Of a stretch of 64,000 nucleotides of DNA, positions 9,686 to 18,042 are shown piece after piece. The notes beneath the pieces are model-generated. The model was not told the DNA's origin and did not search any database. It saw only the letters and a list, made by a program, of their open reading frames with translations. Every line of letters starts with the position of its first letter. The stretch's first letter is position 1. Source of the stretch: a virus; the IMG/VR virus record IMGVR_UViG_3300020054_000866, positions 45,823-109,822 of that record; one strand, 5' to 3'. Both the position numbers and the translations under genes were made by a program.

Positions 9686-9735
9686 AGTCGCCCGCTCCGT
9701 CTTCAGGGGCGGGCGGCTAGCCTGCAATTTCTTTT
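9686..9735 (+). terminator. Probable intrinsic terminator/hairpin after SSB
   Basis: agtcgcccgctcc-gtcttca-ggggcgggcggct stem followed by a T-rich run. Confidence 0.65.
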
Positions 9736-9747
9736 CTAAGGACACAA

Positions 9748-10950
9748 ATGCGTATTCTAATGACAGGTTTTACCGCTCTGCAAATAAACACAGAGCGTAG
9801 AACGATCAAGAAGATCGACGTGCCAGCGTCTATTGCCGAAGCACTCGAGTCTCGAGGGCACTCTGTCGACTGGAGAAGAGTGACTCCCGGGGAAGATCTC
9901 TCATCATACGACGTCGCCTGGGTAAACCTTGCGCCGCTAAACTCGCTGAACGGTCGCCAGGGCGCGATGGGTGCGCTGTACACGCTCTCCTCTGGTCTGC
10001 CCGCCGTTGGATTCTTCGATGACTGGCAATTCGCCGCAGTGTTTAACGCGTCACGAGCGTTGAAGCGACATCCAGAGCTTCTGTATAAGTATCTATTGTC
10101 TGGGCCGAGAGGCGATGAGCCGGCGACGTACTACTCGTATGATGACGCGAAGGCAGCACTTGATCGCGTCGCGGCGAAGAACCCTGAGGACGCAGCGAAA
10201 TGCGGTCTTGGGCGGTACTTCTTCAATGACACTGACGAGAACATCAAGCTTTACGAAAACCAACTTGTCGCTGCTGGAGAGTCTATGCTCGCTGAGCGCT
10301 GGGCAGCAGGCCTTGTTCCGGCGTGCCCAATGTACGCGTTTGGTGATAGGCAGCTCGTAAGAAAGCGAATGCCTAAGGAAATGAATGGCATAGAAGCGCT
10401 CGACCCGAGCTCGACTATCTATAACATCCTAGCGAGCAGCGAGCCGCTGCCACCGGAGAGCAAGCAGAGATCGTGGGTTCTCGGCGCGCTGATGCCGCAC
10501 GATACGTGGCTAGAAAAGAAGAAGCCCGAGTGGCCGGTAGAAATCATCGGAAGCAGAAAGCTTATTAAGAAGTTCGGCGGGCAGCGTCTTGACACGGAAG
10601 AAGACGTTCTAGCGTTCTACAACAATCACTGGGGGATTCTGTCTCCGCCGTATCCACACGCTGGCAGCGGTTGGTGGAGAAGCAGATTTATGTACGCCGC
10701 TCGAGTTAGGTCTATTCTTGTAGTAGATAAAGGCGAAGGCGACCCTATCGGTGACGCGTACAAAATCACAATCAAACAAGTCGAGAGTATGAGCGACGCT
10801 GAGCTCGAGGAAACTGCCAGAGCGCAGGCCGAGTCTCTTCGCCCGTACATGCCAAGCTACGATTCTTTTGTAGATCACTGCGAAAGAATTGTTCTTAGGG
10901 CGATCAACGAAGACAAAGGTTTGAAGATACACCCAGACGGAAGTAGATGA
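9748..10950 (+). CDS. Putative DNA-modifying glycosyltransferase (GT-B-like), paralogue 1
   Basis: Rossmann-like N-terminus MRILMTG...EALESRGHSVDW...YDVAWV, FFDDWQ, C-terminal GILSPPY...GSGWWRSRF; nucleotide-modification context. Confidence 0.65.
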   Translation: MRILMTGFTALQINTERRTIKKIDVPASIAEALESRGHSVDWRRVTPGEDLSSYDVAWVNLAPLNSLNGRQGAMGALYTLSSGLPAVGFFDDWQFAAVFNASRALKRHPELLYKYLLSGPRGDEPATYYSYDDAKAALDRVAAKNPEDAAKCGLGRYFFNDTDENIKLYENQLVAAGESMLAERWAAGLVPACPMYAFGDRQLVRKRMPKEMNGIEALDPSSTIYNILASSEPLPPESKQRSWVLGALMPHDTWLEKKKPEWPVEIIGSRKLIKKFGGQRLDTEEDVLAFYNNHWGILSPPYPHAGSGWWRSRFMYAARVRSILVVDKGEGDPIGDAYKITIKQVESMSDAELEETARAQAESLRPYMPSYDSFVDHCERIVLRAINEDKGLKIHPDGSR

Positions 10951-11972
10951 TGAAAAACATCGCGGTGACTGGGATGACAGCATCTCAGTACTCAAGATCG
11001 CGCAATTCATCGTCACTAAGCTTTGTCGCCTGTCTAAGCGACGCTGCTACCATGTATGGAGACGACGTCCGTGTTTCGTGGATAAAGCCGTCTGTCTCTC
11101 ACGCGCAAAGCGACTTTGAAGAATACGATGCGATACTTGTCGGTCTTTCTCCTCTTCTAAGTCTTGCTTCTCACTGCGCGTACGGCGTTCTTAATGTCGT
11201 CGGCATGCTAAAGGGCGATCAACGACTGCACTTCTATATTGACGCTCCTGACCCGGCAAAGATACGTCAAAGTCTGAGCGCGATTGTAAAGACGCCAGAG
11301 TCGTTGAAAAAGCCGATCTATAAGAATAGAAACGAGTACTCTAAAGTTTCTGGCTCAAGTGAGATTGTAGACAGGCTCGCTGAGTCTGCTGAGTATCTGT
11401 ATTCAGACAAAAACTACAGAGTGCTGTACCCAGCGTTCTCGTTCACAGACGACGTTCACGTATCAAGAAAGTTGTTCGGGGAGGACTCGCTGAGAATGGT
11501 TCCGTTCAACTTCGATGCTCTATACACGAGGCAGGAAGTTGACGCAGTAATTTCAGCGGAGAAAAGCAAGCTATGGCTTGTAGAAAATCACAAGACGCGC
11601 TGGTTTGAGAGAATGAAAAATCTTCTTTCATATGACTGGGAACCGGTCAAAATTAAAAGAATGCAGCCGGACACCGTGTCACTAGACAGAATTTGCAGAT
11701 CCACGGGAACAATCATATGCCCGCAAAACGACTCAATTACGTGGTGGACGTACAGATTAGTGCAATCTTTAGCAGCTCTAGTCCCGGTTTGTACAGAATG
11801 GCGAGATACAATCTCTATCGGGCAGTCATGGTCTGCCATACCGCAGGCCGTCGAGTCGATGAGCATAGCGGAGAGATACTCTCTAGCATTAGAACAACTG
11901 GAGCAATACTCTCTATCTATTAGAGACGCAGAGACAGAGACATCTAGACTATTTAAGGAGCTTTCACTCTAA
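10947..11972 (+). CDS. Putative glycosyltransferase-like protein, paralogue 2
   Basis: Aligns with upstream gene (IAVTGMTASQ/ILMTGFTALQ; YDAILVGLSPLLSL/YDVAWVNLAPLNSL; WWTYRL/WWRSRF). Confidence 0.6.
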   Translation: MMKNIAVTGMTASQYSRSRNSSSLSFVACLSDAATMYGDDVRVSWIKPSVSHAQSDFEEYDAILVGLSPLLSLASHCAYGVLNVVGMLKGDQRLHFYIDAPDPAKIRQSLSAIVKTPESLKKPIYKNRNEYSKVSGSSEIVDRLAESAEYLYSDKNYRVLYPAFSFTDDVHVSRKLFGEDSLRMVPFNFDALYTRQEVDAVISAEKSKLWLVENHKTRWFERMKNLLSYDWEPVKIKRMQPDTVSLDRICRSTGTIICPQNDSITWWTYRLVQSLAALVPVCTEWRDTISIGQSWSAIPQAVESMSIAERYSLALEQLEQYSLSIRDAETETSRLFKELSL

Positions 11973-12445
11973 TGAACATTCTATTTAATCAGTGGCTTGA
12001 AAAGACAAAGAAGCTTCAATCAGAAGTCTACGGTGTAGATTACTCCGTGTTTCATAGCGACAGCCCAGAAGATCTTCGAGCGCTTATCGAGTACATCCGC
12101 TGGAACATGCTTGCTATTGATGACGAGCTCTCGGAGGTTCGCAAGGCGATTTCTTGGAAGCCTTGGCAGCACGACGAGCCGTACGCTGATCGCCGCGAGA
12201 TTCTCAAGGAATGCGTAGACGTTCTTCATTTTGTCGCTAACATTCTCTGCGCCGCTGGTGCACTTGATGAAGATCTTGATTCTGAGTACATCGCAAAGAT
12301 GCAAATCAACGCGAATAGACAGAAGGCCGGGTACAGAGTTCTTGATGACGGCATGAAGTGCAAACTGTGCGCGCGTGCCTTAGACGACTACGACACCTCC
12401 TCGTGTAAGGAAGACGGGTGCCCGCAGCGTCATGGAGTCGTCTGA
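11972..12445 (+). CDS. All-alpha dNTP pyrophosphatase (dimeric dUTPase / T4 gp56 dCTPase-like)
   Basis: DELSE...SWKPW...KECVDVLHF...AK..IN..RQ..GY; Cys-rich C-terminus. Confidence 0.85.
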   Translation: MNILFNQWLEKTKKLQSEVYGVDYSVFHSDSPEDLRALIEYIRWNMLAIDDELSEVRKAISWKPWQHDEPYADRREILKECVDVLHFVANILCAAGALDEDLDSEYIAKMQINANRQKAGYRVLDDGMKCKLCARALDDYDTSSCKEDGCPQRHGVV

Positions 12446-12677
12446 GTTCGCGTGGGTTGATGTTTCAGCCCAGACAATCAAGCAAGGTGACGTACTGCGA
12501 GTAAAGCTCGATGCGTACACGACTTCTGCTGGAAAAATGCACAACGGGCGGCTAGTTCGAGTAAGAGAAGTAAAAGACGGAGACGTAAGAGTACACACTA
12601 TTGACTTAAAGACACCACATATCAACGACGCGAGGCACGCGCCTCATCGTCTTGAACGGAAGGTAAGCGTTTTATGA
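12432..12677 (+). CDS. Hypothetical protein, SH3/KOW-like
   Basis: IKQGDVLRVK...HNGR pattern; translationally coupled. Confidence 0.65.
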   Translation: MESSEFAWVDVSAQTIKQGDVLRVKLDAYTTSAGKMHNGRLVRVREVKDGDVRVHTIDLKTPHINDARHAPHRLERKVSVL

Positions 12678-12868
12678 GAGCAATAGTAAGATTTACAGCC
12701 GTCGGTAGTGACATCGAAGAGCTGCTATCAAAACTTAGAGAAGAATGGGCGTCGCTGTCAAATGGAAAAGACTTCCCAAGAGACAGCTCGATTGACATAG
12801 ACAAGTTAGAAGAAACTGACGAAAAATACAGGGCCGTGTGCACCGCTCGAGTTAATATAGAAACCTGA
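12674..12868 (+). CDS. Hypothetical protein
   Basis: ATGA-coupled ORF in operon. Confidence 0.65.
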   Translation: MRAIVRFTAVGSDIEELLSKLREEWASLSNGKDFPRDSSIDIDKLEETDEKYRAVCTARVNIET

Positions 12869-12873
12869 GGAAA

Positions 12874-13182
12874 ATGACAAAAAAGATTGAAACCACGAGC
12901 GAGTCTCCAAGAGAGAAGATGCTTTCGGAGGCAGCAAAAATTATCTCTGGAGAGCGTGATCTTCAGTACGGCGGACCGGAAGACAATTTCCAAAGAATCG
13001 CGTCGCTATGGTCAGTCATTTTTGACAGAGACTTCAGCAAAGAAGATGTCGCAATGGCAATGATCGCAGTAAAACTCGCGCGATTTTCTTCCAACTACGG
13101 ATTTCAACCAGACACCTGGACGGACATCGCGGGGTACGCGGCGTGCGGTTACGAGGTCGGGTTGATCGACTCAGGAGAGTGA
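12874..13182 (+). CDS. DUF6378-like phage protein
   Basis: GER..QYG.PEDNF.RIA.LWS...VKLAR...DTWTDIAGYA. Confidence 0.8.
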   Translation: MTKKIETTSESPREKMLSEAAKIISGERDLQYGGPEDNFQRIASLWSVIFDRDFSKEDVAMAMIAVKLARFSSNYGFQPDTWTDIAGYAACGYEVGLIDSGE

Positions 13183-13183
13183 C

Positions 13184-14431
13184 ATGAGCACGAAAAAGTT
13201 TATCGACTGCAACGGCCTCGCTGGCTTCATGAGCCTTGGCTTTGTAAACTCCGGAATGGAGATGCTGGCAAGGACTGGGACGTTGAACTTCGGTAATCCA
13301 GTTGCAGAAGTGAATAGACATCATCTCGGCAACTCGTGGAACTCGTCATTCTCCGATGATCCGAGCGACTGGCCTGATATGGAAGCAGACATTGTTCTCG
13401 GCTGCCCGCCGTGCTCTGGATGGTCTCTATGGTCTGGCCCGGCAAACCGCGGGCCTGATGCTAAGGCTCACGAGCATACTCGCGCGTTCATGAGATACGC
13501 AGCTCGCATCAAGCCGAAGATGATTGTCTTTGAATGTGTGCAGCAAGCGTACACTCAAGGACGACCAATGATGAATCAGTATCGTCAAATGGTAGAGGAT
13601 CTCTCAGGCAAGCAGTACGATCTCTATCACGTCAAGCACAACAATCTCCAGGTCGGCGGATTCTCATATCGCATGCGGTACTTCTGGGTTGCTGTTGAAA
13701 AAGGCATGCCGTTTGGCGCTCACGCTGAGACGCCTAGCGAGATGCCTAGAATGATAGACGTAATTGGTGACCTCGAGCACTGCGAGATCACGTGGGACCG
13801 ACAGGCGTACTCCAACGACGGGTCGAAGTACGTTGCCGATCTCAGAAACCAAGACGGTACTGTTGACGGTCACATGAACAAGACAAATCTCGAGTCGCAG
13901 AGAATTCAAGAAATCTTTGACATCATCGGCAACGATGGTTGGAAGCCGATGAAGCAGATGAACGAGGCTCTTAAGCTCGCCGTCGAGATGAACGGAGGGT
14001 ACTTTCCACAGAGCTGGAGCAACAAAGAAGACAAGATTCGCGCCAATGACTTCTACATGGGGTTCTCACTCCCAGCAAGATGGGACGCTGAATCTTTCTG
14101 CCACGTGCTCACCGGTAGCGCGCTCGATCACGTCGTGCACCCAACGCAGCCGAGAAGAATCACTCACAGGGAGGCGGCAAGAATTCAAGGCCTTCCCGAT
14201 GATTGGGAAATCGTCGCCGCGAAGGACTACACCCCGCAGAGCGCGACTTGGGGCAAGGCAGTGGCGGTGCAGGCGGCTAACTGGATCGGAGAGGCCTGCT
14301 CAGCGGCCTTAGACGGCCAGCCAAACGGTCCACAGGGTGAATTGATTGGTGATCGCGAATACCTTCTCGACACTGACAAGGGCTTTAGTAGAAACTTCGT
14401 CAAGAAGAACTTCTACCAGCGAGAAGACTAA
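13184..14431 (+). CDS. C5-cytosine DNA methyltransferase homologue with remodelled cofactor site
   Basis: Catalytic GCPPCSGWS, FECV (ENV variant), YRMRY, HPTQPRRIT.REAARIQG.PDDW; motif I DCNGLAGF and motif X WGKAV deviate from consensus. Confidence 0.85.
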   Translation: MSTKKFIDCNGLAGFMSLGFVNSGMEMLARTGTLNFGNPVAEVNRHHLGNSWNSSFSDDPSDWPDMEADIVLGCPPCSGWSLWSGPANRGPDAKAHEHTRAFMRYAARIKPKMIVFECVQQAYTQGRPMMNQYRQMVEDLSGKQYDLYHVKHNNLQVGGFSYRMRYFWVAVEKGMPFGAHAETPSEMPRMIDVIGDLEHCEITWDRQAYSNDGSKYVADLRNQDGTVDGHMNKTNLESQRIQEIFDIIGNDGWKPMKQMNEALKLAVEMNGGYFPQSWSNKEDKIRANDFYMGFSLPARWDAESFCHVLTGSALDHVVHPTQPRRITHREAARIQGLPDDWEIVAAKDYTPQSATWGKAVAVQAANWIGEACSAALDGQPNGPQGELIGDREYLLDTDKGFSRNFVKKNFYQRED

Positions 14432-14502
14432 GTCGTTCTAAAGAAAGCGCCATTTGATATAGTGGCGGCAGACAGTAGCTGTCAACTAATACGGAGCGAC
14501 GC

Positions 14503-15015
14503 ATGCAATCATTTCTAGTCTCGACTGACTCGTTTGAGACAACAGCAAAAGTACTAGACAACAAGCGCCTGCATAAGCAGACTCTTGAGGCATGGCAGTG
14601 CTTGCTAACAATCTCTGGCCTAGACCCAGAGGGCAACGACCGAAACCCTAAGGGCTGGGTGAATCACCCAGTTGTAAAAATGTGGCGCGGCTACGAGACA
14701 GTGTTTGTCTCATACATCTCGGCTACGTACTTCGAGTGGCGATCGCGCGGGTACAAATCAACTCTTCTTGAGAAAACGTACAGAACGTACGATCTAGCAG
14801 TCTCACTAGGCCGTGTCTCTTCCGAGTATCGACTCCCACCATGGATGCAAGACTCTACGTACTTTAGCAGCCTATGTTCTACTCATCGGACCGCACTCCT
14901 GTGCAAGAACTACGAGTGGTACCATCAGTTCGGCTGGCCAGAGGACTCGGGGACTGCACCAGAGACGTACGAGTACTTGTGGCCTCATCAAGACGGCTAC
15001 GTCATCGCCGGCTAA
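14503..15015 (+). CDS. Pyrimidine-dimer DNA glycosylase family (MSMEG_6728 / T4 endonuclease V-like)
   Basis: MQSFL...LD.KRL.KQ.LEA.Q...GW.NHP..KMWRGYE...HR.ALL.K...YLWP. Confidence 0.85.
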   Translation: MQSFLVSTDSFETTAKVLDNKRLHKQTLEAWQCLLTISGLDPEGNDRNPKGWVNHPVVKMWRGYETVFVSYISATYFEWRSRGYKSTLLEKTYRTYDLAVSLGRVSSEYRLPPWMQDSTYFSSLCSTHRTALLCKNYEWYHQFGWPEDSGTAPETYEYLWPHQDGYVIAG

Positions 15016-15101
15016 TCGGCTGAGATGGCCCTAGAGTTCCGCACAATAAACTCTACGATATTGCTCCGATAAGCAATGGTCATAGTATAGAATTATTCGG
15101 T

Positions 15102-15443
15102 ATGAATGATTCACGCCCGGGCGAGACTCTATGGTCTGAGTGGTTAGGTGAAGACTACTCTTTATTCTCGAGCGGCGGAATTGTCTACTACACTATCGAG
15201 CACGTGGACATCGAGAATGAAGTTGTAAAGCGCGCTTTGGCATCGTCTCTTCAAAGAGATGGAGTAGCTCTCTCCTTAGGTGAAGGCTACAAATTTGTCG
15301 AGTCAGGTGTGCCGACACATGGATACGTCGGATACACAGACGGAGACGACGAGCCAACAGTTTGCGATTCCGACGGAGAGACATACTACGGTGACGAAAT
15401 CGACGAGGTGCTAGAAGCTACCTGGGTCGAAATCGATGCCTAG
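15102..15443 (+). CDS. Hypothetical acidic protein
   Basis: ORF preceded by TAGAAT -10-like box, coupled to WhiB gene. Confidence 0.7.
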   Translation: MNDSRPGETLWSEWLGEDYSLFSSGGIVYYTIEHVDIENEVVKRALASSLQRDGVALSLGEGYKFVESGVPTHGYVGYTDGDDEPTVCDSDGETYYGDEIDEVLEATWVEIDA

Positions 15444-15939
15444 CGGTCTAAGTAGATTCGACTGGCAAGACAACGCAGAGTGTAAGAAGCCAGAGAATAA
15501 GCATCTTGCCCCCAACTTCTTTTCTGCCGAGCTCAGGGACAGATACGACGCTAAGAATCTTTGCTACTCGTGTCCCGTAAGAAAAGACTGCCTCAAGTAC
15601 GCTCTTGAAGAAAAAGAACTTTGGGGCGTGTGGGGTGGCAAGGACGAGTCTGAAATACGAAGAGCGTTGTCAGTTTCTCACGAGGGCAAGGAAATACGAC
15701 GAACAAGATTCCCGAATTGCCCATATTGCGGAGCCCGTCCGGTCAAGCTTCAAGTTCTTGTGCGCCCATCACCTGAAGGCGGACGTTGGCCGACAATGCG
15801 ATTAGTAAATTGCACAGAGTGCGACTTCACCTGGAGAAGTAGAACAAGCGCAAACGCTGTAAGCGCATATCATTCAGCGCGAGAGAAGTCTAAAAAGAAG
15901 GCCGAGTCTTCAAAAAAGAGAAAGCCTAAGAAGACGTAA
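15436..15939 (+). CDS. whiB: WhiB family transcription factor with C-terminal zinc ribbon
   Basis: WQDNAEC...CYSCPVRKDC...GVWGG; CPYC...CTEC; basic tail. Confidence 0.9.
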   Translation: MPSGLSRFDWQDNAECKKPENKHLAPNFFSAELRDRYDAKNLCYSCPVRKDCLKYALEEKELWGVWGGKDESEIRRALSVSHEGKEIRRTRFPNCPYCGARPVKLQVLVRPSPEGGRWPTMRLVNCTECDFTWRSRTSANAVSAYHSAREKSKKKAESSKKRKPKKT

Positions 15940-15940
15940 G

Positions 15941-16096
15941 TCAGTCGTGGCTGTGATCTCTTGCCGCAGCAAGAGACTGAGAAAGCGACGACACAGTCGC
16001 TTCTAGCATCGCAATCTTCTGCGCCTGCTGCGCGATCTGCGCGGTGAGACTGTTAATCACCTGCTGGACATCAAGTTGCATGTCTGGGTTTTCCAT
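15941..16096 (-). CDS. Small coiled-coil protein (51 aa, below ORF-track cutoff)
   Basis: MENPDMQLDVQQVINSLTAQIAQQAQKIAMLEATV...; TAATG coupling with upstream gene. Confidence 0.7.
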   Translation of the reverse strand: MENPDMQLDVQQVINSLTAQIAQQAQKIAMLEATVSSLSQSLAAARDHSHD

Positions 16097-16362
16097 TACG
16101 TGTACCTCTGTCTTTTTACGAAGTCAATCAGCTCTTGATCGACCGCTACGTGATTCGGGGATAATTTTATACCGAGATCGCTAGGAAAGTTTAGACCAAC
16201 GTTAGTTTGAGCCGGAACCGCTAAGATTCTTCCCGCGGTCTCGCAAATAAAGCACGACTCGTCATCTACCCAACTTACACCGCAGTCTGAGCAACAGTAA
16301 AGTGTAGAGTTCTTGTCTAGTGCTGAGAAGACAATGTCAGACGCGAAGTCTTCTACCTTCAT
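16096..16362 (-). CDS. Hypothetical zinc-ribbon protein
   Basis: CSDC...W....CFIC; TAGAAT 7 nt before ATG. Confidence 0.7.
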   Translation of the reverse strand: MKVEDFASDIVFSALDKNSTLYCCSDCGVSWVDDESCFICETAGRILAVPAQTNVGLNFPSDLGIKLSPNHVAVDQELIDFVKRQRYT

Positions 16363-16376
16363 GCGCGATATTCTAA

Positions 16377-18008
16377 CTACCGAGCTTCCTTAGCACTGAA
16401 CGAAGCGGCAGTATTGGCAAAGAACTGATTCATAGTGTTCGCGCTTCCGCCAAGAACAGTGGCAGTGTTGTTGATGAATCGGTACATCACAGAAGTGCCA
16501 GATGACGCGCCGTGAGTGTCGACAACTCTAACAAAAATTGGCGCGTACTGTTGCTGAAGAGTTCCGCCAGAGTTTTCTTCAGTAGCGCCAACTTGAACGC
16601 TCTGAACGTCTGTCCATGAGCTTCCGCCGTTAGTGCTTCTTTGTAGAAGCAAATACGGCTCTTCGTCTGTCGCAGTCACAGACTGAAAGACTCCACCCAG
16701 TTCTACAACGTTCTTCGTAAATCCACTAGTTACGGTCACTGTCACAGACGCAGCGGATCCGTTAGCATCCTGTATTGGCGAACCGTCCGTGATAGAAGCG
16801 TTTGCGTTAGACCCAGCGGCAGTGAGGTTGACGTCTGCCGTGTCTCCTTCGTATGTTGATAACGGGCTCGGTGAAAAGTTTGATCCGTCATAAACTAAGA
16901 AGTCTCCGGCTGCCGGTGGGGAAAATCCCATTGACACATCTGAAAGAGTGTCAAGATCGATTGGCCTGTTGATCCAATCTGCTCCGTCAAAGTACAGATG
17001 ATCTCCAGATGTAGGAGTGACTACTGTAAAGTCAGTGTCGCTAAGATCACCTAACGCGTGATTGGCGATGCTACTGACAGTCCCAGTGAATGTCGCATCG
17101 GTGCCGTCAGTGCCATTGTCGAGAATCTTAGACGTTCCGTTTCCAGCATAGATGTCGCCAGTGACACTGCCTGTAACGTCACCAGTGACATTTCCAGAGA
17201 GACTGGCAGTAACACTATTGAACGTGACGTTGTCCGTGGTCCCGACGGCTTGGCCAATAGCGATTGACGGTATCGACCCTTCTCCAATTGTCCCGCTTAG
17301 AATTACACCGGTGCCAGCAGTCAATGACTCGACATAGTCGCCTGTGGTGTCAGTGCCGAGCGCAACTGCGCCGCTTTGCACAGTTGTTGAAACAGTTATC
17401 GTTCCATTAGCAAGATCAGTAAGCGTCGCGCTTGCTGAACCTGCCACGTCTCCAGTGAGGGTTACGGTGATCTCAGGGTCCGGCTTGTTGAGAACATTTG
17501 ACCAGTCGACCTGCGCGTCGATCTCTCCGATTGTACCTGAGAACACCTCAGAGCTATTCGTCGCGTCTGGGACGAACGTGAATTTGCCGGTGGAATCGTC
17601 AAAGCCAAAGAAGCCGACTTTTGCTGCTGCACCATTATGCCAGCGGAACTCGACACCGCGATCTTTGTTGTCGTCAGACGCTGGAGCAGTGTCTCCACCA
17701 AGAGTGAAGATCGGATCATCAACAGTAACAGTCGTCGAGTTTGTTGTCGTTGTTGTGCCGTTGACGGTTAAGTTCCCTGTCACCGTAAGGTTACCGCCAA
17801 TTGATCCGGCGCCGCTCACAGTCAACGAAGTGAGCGTCCCGACGGACGTAAGACTTGAGCCAAGAACGGTTGAGGCAAGAGAATACGACGGCGAAGAGTA
17901 CGTAAATCTCTCGTCAATTGCTTGAATAGCAGTATTTAACGTAGAACCCCAGCCGGTGTCTCCGTTTTCTGGGAGCGGCGTCGCTCCATCAATTAAATAT
18001 GTAGCCAT
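16377..18008 (-). CDS. Minor tail / tail fibre-like protein
   Basis: Thr/Gly/Ser-rich beta repeats (SSLTSVGTLTSL, GNLTVTGNLTVNGT, DRGVEFRW, L.DLSD repeats); downstream of tape measure. Confidence 0.75.
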   Translation of the reverse strand: MATYLIDGATPLPENGDTGWGSTLNTAIQAIDERFTYSSPSYSLASTVLGSSLTSVGTLTSLTVSGAGSIGGNLTVTGNLTVNGTTTTTNSTTVTVDDPIFTLGGDTAPASDDNKDRGVEFRWHNGAAAKVGFFGFDDSTGKFTFVPDATNSSEVFSGTIGEIDAQVDWSNVLNKPDPEITVTLTGDVAGSASATLTDLANGTITVSTTVQSGAVALGTDTTGDYVESLTAGTGVILSGTIGEGSIPSIAIGQAVGTTDNVTFNSVTASLSGNVTGDVTGSVTGDIYAGNGTSKILDNGTDGTDATFTGTVSSIANHALGDLSDTDFTVVTPTSGDHLYFDGADWINRPIDLDTLSDVSMGFSPPAAGDFLVYDGSNFSPSPLSTYEGDTADVNLTAAGSNANASITDGSPIQDANGSAASVTVTVTSGFTKNVVELGGVFQSVTATDEEPYLLLQRSTNGGSSWTDVQSVQVGATEENSGGTLQQQYAPIFVRVVDTHGASSGTSVMYRFINNTATVLGGSANTMNQFFANTAASFSAKEAR

Positions 18009-18042
18009 GTCGTCTCCGTTCTCAGACCTTATTCATAATATC

